Of a DNA stretch of 64,000 bases, positions 15,412 to 24,500 are shown piece by piece (the stretch's first letter is position 1; the number at the start of each line of letters is the position of its first letter). Source of the stretch: Azolla caroliniana (Eukaryota > Plantae > Polypodiophyta). The stretch spans positions 15,748,001 to 15,812,000 of the forward strand of contig JBHGNT010000020.1 of NCBI GenBank assembly GCA_043228905.1, read 5' to 3'. The position numbers and the translations under genes were made by a program. The notes under the pieces are model-generated. The model searched no databases and was not told the DNA's origin. It was given only the letters and a program-made list of their open reading frames with translations.

Positions 15412-18400
15412 CTGTGAGTAAATTAAAATGGTCATACCTGGCTCGTGTGATATCGAATTTCTGTGTTCAAACATGCATATTGAAGCCAAGAATGCTAGCT
15501 ATCTTATGGAATTAAAAAATCAAGATTTTGAAACTCAGGTCGAGAGACATGAAGAAATTAGCAAATTTGAGGAAGGACATGAGAAGAGCCTGTGAGTAAA
15601 TTAAAATGTTCATACCTGGCTCGTTTGATATCGGATTTTTGTGTTCAAATATGCGTATCGAAGCTAAGAATGCTAGCTATGATAAGCAATTAAAAAATCA
15701 AGATTTTGAAACTCAGGTCGAGAGACATGAAGAAATTAGCAACTTTGAGGAAGGACATGAGAAGAGCCTGTGAGTAAATTAAAATGTTCATACCTGGCTC
15801 GTTTGATATCGGATTTTTGTGTTCAAACATGCGTATCGAAGCTAAGAATGCTAGCTATGATAAGCAATTAAAAAATCAAGATTTTGAAACTCAGGTCGAG
15901 AGACATGAAGAAATTAGCAAATTTGAGGAGGGACATGAGAAGAGCCCGTGAGTAAATTAAAGTGTTCAAACATGGCTTGTGTGATATCGGATTTCTGTGT
16001 TAAAACATGCGTATGGAAGCTCGCAACGTTAGCTATGATAAGCAATTAAAAAATCAAGATTTTGAAACCTACGTCGAGAGACATGAAGAAATTAGCAAAT
16101 TTGAGGATGGACTCGAGAAGACCCTGTGAGTAAATTAAAATGGTCATACCTGGCTCGTGTGATATCGGATTTCTGTGTTCAAACATGCGTATTGAAGCTA
16201 AGAATGCTAGCTATGTTATGGAATTAAATAATCAAGATTTTGAAACTCAGGTCGAGAGACATGAAGAAATTAGCAAATTTGAGGAAGGACATGAGAAGAG
16301 CCTGTGAGTAAATTAAAATGTTCATACCTGGCTCGTTTGATATCGGATTTTTGTGTTCAAACATGCGTATCGAAGCTAAGAATGCTAGCTATGATAAGCA
16401 ATTAAAAAATCAAGATTTTGAAACTCAAGTCGAGAGACATGAAGAAATTAGCAACTTTGAGGAAGGACATGAGAAGAGCCTGTGAGTAAATGAAAATGTT
16501 CATACCTGGCTCGTTTGATATCGGATTTTTGTGTTCAAACATGCGTATCGAAGCTAAGAATGCTAGCTATGATAAGCAATTAAAAAATCAAGATTTTGAA
16601 ACTCAGGTCGAGAGACATGAAGAAATTAGCAAATTTGAGGAGGGAGTTGACAAGAGCCTGTGAGTAAATTAAAATGTTCAAACATGGCTTGTGTGATATC
16701 GGATTTCTGTGTTAAAACATGCGTATGGAAGCTCGCAACGTTAGCTATGATAAGCAATTAAAAAATCAAGATTTTGAAACCTACGTCGAGAGACATGAAG
16801 AAATTAGCAAATTTGAGGATGGACTCGAGAAGACCGTGTGAGTAAATTAAAATGGTCATACCTGGCTCGTGTGATATCGGATTTCTGTGTTCAAACATGC
16901 GTATTGAAGCTAAGAATGCTAGCTATGTTATGGAATTAAATAATCAAGATTTTGAAACTCAGGTCGAGAGACATGAAGAAATTAGCAAATTTGAGGAAGG
17001 ACATGAGAAGAGCCTGTGAGTAAATTAAAATGTTCATACCTGGCTCGTTTGATATCGGTTTTTTGTGTTCAAACATGCGTATCGAAGCTAAGAATGCTAG
17101 CTATGATAAGCAATTAAAAAATCAAGATTTTGAAACTCAGGTCAAGAGACATGAAGAAATTAGCAAATTTGAGGAGGGAGTTGACAAGAGCCTGTGAGTA
17201 AAGTAAAATGTTCATACATGGCTTGTGTGATATCGGATTTTTGTGTTAAAACATGCGTATGATATGGAATTAAAAAATCAAGATTTTGAAAAACTTAGGT
17301 CGAGAGACATGAAGAAATTAGCAAATTTGAGGAGGGACATGAGAAGAGACCGTGAGTAAATTAAAATGTTCATACCTGGCTCATGTGATATTGGATGTTT
17401 GTGTTGAATCATGTGAATCGAAGTTAACAAAGCTAGCTATGATATTGAATTAAAAAATCAAGATTTTGAAACTCAGATCGAGAGACATGAAGAAATTAGC
17501 AAATTTGAGGAGGGAGTCGAGAAGAGCCTGTGAGTAAATTAAAATGTTCATACTTGGCTCGTGTGATATCGGATTTTTGTGTTCAAACAATCAAATCGAA
17601 GCTAACAAAGCTAGCTATGATATGGAATTAAAAAATCAAGATTTTGAAACTCAGTTCGAGAGACATGAAGAAATTAGGAAATTTGAGGAAGAACATGAGA
17701 AGAGCCTGTGAGTAAATTAAAATGTTCATACCTGGCTCGTGTGATATCGGATTTTTGTGTTGAAACATTCAAATCGAAGCTAACAAAGCTAGCTACGATA
17801 TGGAATTAAAAAATCAAGATTTTTAAACCTACGTCGAGAGACATGAAGAAATTAGCAAATTTGAGGATGGACTCGAGAAGACCCTGTGAGTAAATTAAAA
17901 TGGTCATACCTGGCTCGTGTGATATCGGATTTCTGTGTTCAAACATGCGTATTGAAGCTAAGAATGCTAGCTATGTTATGGAATTAAATAATCAAGATTT
18001 TGAAACTCAGGTCGAGAGACATGAAGAAATTAGCAAATTTGAGGAAGGACATGAGAAGAGCCTGTGAGTAAATTAAAATGTTCATACCTGGCTCGTTTGA
18101 TATCGGTTTTTTGTGTTCAAACATGCGTATCGAAGCTAAGAATGCTAGCTATGATAAGCAATTAAAAAATCAAGATTTTGAAACTCAGGTCAAGAGACAT
18201 GAAGAAATTAGCAAATTTGAGGAGGGAGTTGACAAGAGCCTGTGAGTAAATTAAAATGTTCATACATGGCTTGTGTGATATCGGATTTTTGTGTTAAAAC
18301 ATGCGTATGATATGGAATTAAGAAATCAAGATTTTGAAACTTAGGTCGAGAGACATGAAGAAATTAGCAAATTTGAGGAGGGACATGAGAAGAGACCGTG

Positions 18401-19810
18401 AGTAAATTAAAATGTTCATACCTGGCTCATGTGATATTGGATGTTTGTGTTGAATCATGTGAATCGAAGTTAACAAAGCTAGCTATGATATGGAATTAAA
18501 AAATCAAGATTTTGAAACTCAGATCGAGAGACATGAAGAAATTAGCAAATTTGAGGAGGGAGTCGAGAAGAGCCTGTGAGTAAATTAAAATGTTCATACT
18601 TGGCTCGTGTGATATCAGATTTTTGTGTTCAAACAATCAAATCGAAGCTAACAAAGCTAGCTATGATATGGAATTAAAAAATCAAGATTTTGAAACTCAG
18701 TTCGAGAGACATGAAGAAATTAGGAAATTTGAGGAAGAACATGAGAAGAGCCTGTGAGTAAATTAAAATGTTCATACCTGGCTCGTGTGATATCGGATTT
18801 TTGTGTTCAAACATTCAAATCGAAGCTAACAAAGCTAGCTACGATATGGAATTAAAAAATCAAGATTTTGAAACTCAGGTCGAGAGACATGAAGAAATTA
18901 GCAAATTTGAGGAAGGACATAAGAAGAGCCTGTGAGTAAATTAAAATGTTCATACCGGGCTCGTTTGATATCGAATTTTTGTGTTCAAACATGGGTATCG
19001 AAGCTAAGAATGCTAGCTATGATAAGCAATTAAAAAATCAAGATTTTGAAACTCAGGTCGAGAGACATGAAGAAATTAGCAAATTTGAGGAGGGAGTTGA
19101 CAAGAGCCTGTGAGTAAATTAAAATGTTCAAACATGGCTTGTGTGATATCGGATTTTTGTGTTAAAACATGCGTATGGAAGCTCACAACGCTAGCTATGA
19201 TAAGCAATTAAAAAATCAAGATTTTGAAACTCACGTCGAGAGACATGAAGAAATTAGTAAATTTGAGGATGGACTCAAGAAGACCCTGTGAGTAAATTAA
19301 AATGTTCATACCTGGCTCGTGTGATATCGGATTTTTGTGTTCAAACATGCGTATTGAAGCTAAGAATGCTATCTATGTTATGGAATTAAATAATCAAGAT
19401 TTTGAAACTCAGGTCGAGAGACATGAAGAAATTAGCCAATTTGAGGAGGGACATGAGAAGAGCCCGTGAGTAAATTAAAATGTTCATACCTGGCTCGTGT
19501 GATATCGGATTTTTGTGTTCAAACATGCATATCGAAGCTAACAAAGCTAGCTATGATATGGAATTAAAAAATCAAAATTTTGAAACTTAGGTCAAGAGAC
19601 ATGAAGAGACATGCAATGAAAATATTCATACCTGGCTCGTGTGATATCGGATTTTTGTGTTCAAACATGCGTATCGAAGCTAAGAATGCTAGCTATGTTA
19701 TGGAATTAAAAAATCAAGCTTTTGAAACTCAGGTCGAGAGACATGAAGAAATTAGCAAATTTGAGGAGGGACATGAGAAGAGCCCGTGAGTAAATTAAAA
19801 TGTTCATACC
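15412..19810 (+). repeat. 178-bp satellite array (continuation)
   Basis: Same monomer. Much of it repeats 12.5-14.7 kb at an offset of 3024 bp. Confidence 0.97.
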
Positions 19811-19878
19811 TGTCATAACTAGACTCGAACCCATAACCTTTTGTTACACGGGTCGAGACTTTACCATTAGGTTATGAA
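19811..19878 (-). promoter_or_regulatory. tRNA-like module with Pol III A-box/B-box at outer U3 end (copy at 25106-25173)
   Basis: Minus strand reads TA ACCT AATGGTA AAGT C TCGAC CCGTGTA ACAAA AGGTT ATGGG TTCGAGT CTAGT. A-box-like TAACCTAATGG (+19864-19874) and B-box-like GGTTCGAGTCT (+19821-19831) are at tRNA spacing, but the stems are degenerate. Confidence 0.55.
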
Positions 19879-19932
19879 TTGTAATTTGAAGGATATTATT
19901 TTCATTTAGGTTTTATTGGGAAATTGATGTAT

Positions 19933-19982
19933 ATTCCAGATTTCTCTGGAACATTCTAGAAACTTCAGGAGTATTCCTGAAG
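19933..19982. promoter_or_regulatory. Heat-shock element array (alternating nTTCn/nGAAn) in U3; copy at 25228-25277
   Basis: Cores at exact 5-bp phase: TTC 19934, GAt, cTC, GAA 19949, TTC, GAA, TTC, GAg, TTC, GAA 19979. 7 of 10 units are perfect, including four consecutive (GAAcaTTCtaGAAacTTC). Confidence 0.8.
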
Positions 19983-19986
19983 ACAC

Positions 19987-19993
19987 TATAAAA
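19987..19993 (+). promoter_or_regulatory. TATA box of chromovirus LTR; predicted TSS near 20020
   Basis: CTATAAAAG directly after the HSE array and 33 nt upstream of the PBS-complementary segment. Confidence 0.75.
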
Positions 19994-20096
19994 GGAGGCG
20001 CAAGGCATTAGTTCGAACCAAATCGGTTCAACGCCAGTCTTAAGCCTTCTAACTACTGTTGTATATCTTCCTTCATATAATACATATATCTTTCGC

Positions 20097-20100
<4 letters not shown>

Positions 20101-20146
<46 letters not shown>
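20101..20146 (+). repeat. (TC)23 microsatellite in LTR; (TC)24 at 25396-25443
   Basis: Read directly. Confidence 0.95.
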
Positions 20147-20150
<4 letters not shown>

Positions 20151-20285
20151 ACTCATTCCTTCTCTCAAAGTTCGACACCTCTCATAGTACTAATCCTTCT
20201 CTGTCTTAGTACTATTCCCCAACAATAGTACTAATCCTTCTTTTAGTACTAATTCCTTCTCTGCCTTAATAGAGTTCCTGACAGT

Positions 20286-20297
20286 TTGAACCGATTT
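20286..20297 (+). other. Primer-binding site of self-priming type
   Basis: TTGAACCGATTT starts 2 nt after the 5' LTR and is the exact reverse complement of AAATCGGTTCAA at 20020-20031. There is no TGG-initiated tRNA PBS at this position. Confidence 0.85.
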
Positions 20298-20359
20298 TGG
20301 TCTGGTCTTTTCTCTCCCTCCTTTCCTACTAGTCTCTTATTTCCCTTTTCCTTCATCCC

Positions 20360-21529
20360 ATGGCCACCGTTAGCGCTGAAGAGTATCAATCCGTTTTCTC
20401 GGAATTTCAATGCTTGAAAGAGAAGTTTCATGCTTTGGAACAAGAAAATCAACGCTTGTTGGGGGATCTTCAGCAAATTTCCTTAGAAAAGCAGCAAACG
20501 CAACAACAGCATGGGGAACTTGCGTTACGCGTGCAACAACTCGAAGCAACCATCGTAGCAATGCAACAACAAGGGCACGGAGCACAAGGGATTCATAAAG
20601 AACCCAAGATTGGCCTTCCCACGAAGTTCGATGGAACGCGATCGCAGTTTAGAGGGTTTCTTAACCAGGTACGGTTAGTTATTCAAATGCATCCGTCCCG
20701 ATATCCCACCGATGCATCACGAGTGGGTTTAGTAGGCACGTTGTTAAATGGCTCAGCATTAGCATGGTTCGCTCCGCTACTAGAAAAGGAATCTCCAGTA
20801 CTAAATAATTTTGAAGAATTCATAAGTGAGTTTAAAGCATGTTTTGGAGATACTGACAGCATAAGGACTGCAATCAACAAAATCCGGCGATTACGCCAAG
20901 GTGACCGTCCAGCCTCCGCATATGCTGCAGATTTCCGCCTACTCGCCGCTGATATCCCCTGGGATGATCAAGCATTGATGGAGCAGTTCCGCTATGGTCT
21001 ACGCAACGATGTCAAGGATTTACTCTTGACTTTCCCTGAAGAGCCAAAATCATTAACAGAAGCAATCAGTCGAGCGGTCAGATGTGACAACCGCCTCTTC
21101 GAGCGACGTTCGGAACGACAATTTCAGATGCCGAGGGCAAGATCCGAGCCTACCTATGCCTCAGTGGTAGCAAAACCTTTTCAAAGGGAGTCACATAATG
21201 CGCCTCCAGTAAGTACTCCAACTCCAATGGAAATTGACACTACACGTCGTCGTGGGCCGCTATCGGAGGAGGAAAAGCAACGACGCCGAACAAACCGATT
21301 ATGCCTTTATTGCGGTGGACCAGGGCATATCGCGATAAACTGTCCCCATAGACCAAGAAGGCAGGTAAACCAAGTCGTTGTTAGTTCTGACTATACTAAA
21401 CCCGAGTCTATTTCAGTAGGAATCTCTGATAGTCCTCATAGTCATAATAGTCCTAATAGTACTAATAGTCCGAATCTCGCAAACAAATTTGATGTCCTTA
21501 GCCAATTAGAAGAAGAGTTAAACGACTAA
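20360..21529 (+). CDS. gag: Gag (389 aa): N-terminal coiled coil, Ty3/PEG10-like capsid, CCHC zinc knuckle
   Basis: PTKFDGTR, LRQGDRPASAYAADFR, FRYGLRNDVKD, PTPMEID and CLYCGGPGHIAINC motifs. Confidence 0.95.
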   Translation: MATVSAEEYQSVFSEFQCLKEKFHALEQENQRLLGDLQQISLEKQQTQQQHGELALRVQQLEATIVAMQQQGHGAQGIHKEPKIGLPTKFDGTRSQFRGFLNQVRLVIQMHPSRYPTDASRVGLVGTLLNGSALAWFAPLLEKESPVLNNFEEFISEFKACFGDTDSIRTAINKIRRLRQGDRPASAYAADFRLLAADIPWDDQALMEQFRYGLRNDVKDLLLTFPEEPKSLTEAISRAVRCDNRLFERRSERQFQMPRARSEPTYASVVAKPFQRESHNAPPVSTPTPMEIDTTRRRGPLSEEEKQRRRTNRLCLYCGGPGHIAINCPHRPRRQVNQVVVSSDYTKPESISVGISDSPHSHNSPNSTNSPNLANKFDVLSQLEEELND

Positions 21530-24500
21530 GTCCAGCCAAAATAGGAGCCGTTTGGTTGGACAGCCCTAGATCTGTGCAGCCCATTAGTGGTTCCATTCCC
21601 TCTAAGCAAGTTAGTGATGTGTTCGTAGCCCAAGTAGCAGTTAGTACTAAAAGTACCCCTCCAGTACATACCTTAGCCCTTCTAGATTCCGGAGCTAATT
21701 CTTGCTTCATGGATAGGAATTTTGCCCGAGCTCATCAGATATCTCTCAGAAAGCTCCCATGTCCAGCCTCAGTAGTAGTCATTGATGGTCGTCCCATTGC
21801 TTCTGGTAATATCATAGAAGAGTCGGAACCCGTTAATATTGTCCTAGATAACTTAACATGTGTAGTATCATTTAATATTATTAGTATTCCAGAACACCCC
21901 ATAGTTTTAGGATTACCATGGTTCGAGTTACATAACCCAGACATAGATTGGAGGACAAGGGAAATCCGGTTGCAACAAACCCAAGGACCTACCCAGAAGG
22001 TTGCAACCATTTCGCTACGTCAGTTGCGTGAGGAAGGGCGCAAGGAGGAAATGTTTCTCTTCGCAATATCAGTACAACCCTCCAGCACCACCAAAGAGGA
22101 GTCCACCGTTCAACTTCCCGAGAAGTATCGTCAGTATGCTGATGTGTTCGATAAAGTACAAGCCAACACACTTCCTCATCATCGGCCGTACGATTGCGCC
22201 ATCGACTTACAACCGGGAAAAGAGCCGCCATGGGGGCCGATCTACAATTTGTCACCAACCGAGCTAGAAGTCCTTCGAGCCTATATAGAGGAGAATTTGG
22301 AGAACGGTTTCATTCGGCATTCGAAATCTCCAGCCGGCGCACCCATTTTCTTCGTCAAGAAAAAAGATGGCTCGCTTCGACTCGTTGTAGATTACCGTGG
22401 CTTGAATAAAGTCACAGTAAGAAATAGGTATGCTCTTCCCCTTATCTCAAGTCTTTTAGAACGGATCAACGGTGCCAGGTTCTTCACGAAGATTGACTTA
22501 CGAGGAGCCTATAACCTCGTACGGATCCGACCAGGAGATGAATGGAAGACCGCGTTTCGCACCAGATATGGGCACTTCGAGTATACGGTCATGCCGTTCG
22601 GACTCACTAATGCGCCGGCAGTCTTCCAGCACATGGCGAATGATATATTTCGAGATCTCTTGGATGATTTTTTGATCATCTATTTGGATGATCTACTGGT
22701 TTATTCAAAGACCCAAGAAGAACATGATTCTCATGTACTATTAGTACTAAAACGACTTCGAGAACATGGTCTGTATGCAAAGTTAGAGAAATGTAGTTTC
22801 GGGTGCAACCAAGTGGAATTTCTCGGCTATGTCATCTCCTCAGAAGGCATATCTATGGACCCAGCCAAGGTCAAAACGGTGATAGAATGGCACACTCCGC
22901 ATTCGGTGCGGGATGTGCAATGCTTCCTAGGCTTTGCAAATTTTTACCGGAAGTTCATACAAAATTACTCAAAAATTGTGCTGCCTCTCACACAGCTCAC
23001 CAGGAAGGGACAATCATTCATTTGGTCTAAAGAGACGGACATGGCTTTCGAGAGTCTTAAGAAGGCGTTTACATCAGCTCCAATTTTAGGTCATGTGGAT
23101 CCGGAAAAACCATTCATTATCGAAGCTGACGCATCGGATTTCGCATTGGGGAGCATTCTGTCACAACAGGGTAACGACGAGAAGCTACATCCTGTGGCTT
23201 TCCACTCCCGTAAGTTTGACGCCGCCGAAATCAACTACGAAATTCATGATAAAGAGCTATTAGCAATAGTTGATTCTTTTATGCAATGGAGGCATTTCCT
23301 GGAGGGATCTCCTCATCAGGTCACTGTATTCAGTGACCACAAGAACCTTGCCTACTTTCAAGATGCTCGTGTACTGAATCGACGTCAAGCTCGGTGGGCC
23401 CACTTCCTCACACGCTTCGACTTTAAAATTACATATCGTCCGGGGAAGCACCAAGGGAAGGCAGATGCATTATCACGGCGTTCGTATCTAACACCACGTC
23501 CCGGTGAGCCAGCTTTCGATAACCAGAAGCAAGTAATCTTGGGTCCAGCACGACTGCAAGCAGCACAGGTCTTTGACATACCCGTGGATTCCGACATTAC
23601 CAATACTATACGTGAGGACTTGAAGACTGACGCTTTCGCCCAAGCTATACTAGCACAAATTGACCCCTCTCGAGCGTCATGTTCACAATCACAATCACCA
23701 GGTACGGATTATCGGCAATTCAAATACTGTGATGGATTACTCTTCTTTAAAGAACTTTTGTATGTTCCTAATGGTTCTTGCCGCCTTCGAGTAGTACAAA
23801 ATTGCCATGACACATATACAGCAGGACATTTTGGTAGTACTAAAACATTAGATTTAGTACAACGATCATTCTGGTGGCCCCGTATGCGACAATTTGTCGA
23901 AGATTTTGTTCGGACTTGCGATACATGCTGCAGAGCGAAAATGCCAAGACATCATCCATATGGTTTATTAGAACCATTACCAATTCCAAGCAAGCCATGG
24001 CAATCCATTGCTCTTGACTTCATTACAGATCTTCCAGTCTCTAAGGGATTCAGTGCGATTCTCACAGTGGTGGATCGATATACGAAGATGGCTCATTTCT
24101 TACCATGTACTAAAGAAATATCTAGTGAAGACACCGCCGAAATTGTCATGCGGGAAGTATGTCGGCATCATGGACTCCCTGATAATATCATCAGCGATCG
24201 TGGACCTCAGTTTGTGTCAAAATTCTGGAAGCACCTTTTTAAAATGCTGAAGGTCACTTGTAACCTCTCCTCCGGCTACCACCCACAAACCGACGGTCAA
24301 GCCGAACGAACAAATCAAACACTGGAGCAGTATCTGCGGTGCTTTCTCAACTATCATCAGAATGACTGGGCAGATATTCTTCAGTTCGCCGAATTTGCCT
24401 ATAATAACGCTATCCACGCATCGACTAAAGTCACGCCATTCTACGCTTATACGGGATATCATCCTCGGTGGTGTGTCCTTGAAACCCCAGAAGTGTCCAC

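Larger units (their letters stand above)
19811..20283 (+). repeat. 5' LTR of chromovirus (473 bp)
   Basis: Starts TGTCA and ends TGACA (5-bp terminal inverted repeat). Identical to the 3' LTR except (TC)23 vs (TC)24. Confidence 0.97.

Noticed and set aside
1-19810. CRISPR-like appearance of conserved words separated by variable bases
   Set aside because: The whole 178-bp unit is homologous between copies. There are no unique spacers or cas genes, and the context is eukaryotic.
19811-19878. Functional tRNA-His(GTG) gene on the minus strand
   Set aside because: GTG sits at the anticodon position, but the anticodon and acceptor stems do not pair. It is kept only as a tRNA-like promoter module.
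19913-20152. ORF with an ERERER repeat
   Set aside because: It is a translation of the (TC)n microsatellite in the LTR.
21556-21558. TTG start of pol given by the ORF track
   Set aside because: It lies inside the frameshift hairpin. The frame is open from 21502 and is better explained by -1 frameshifting from gag.
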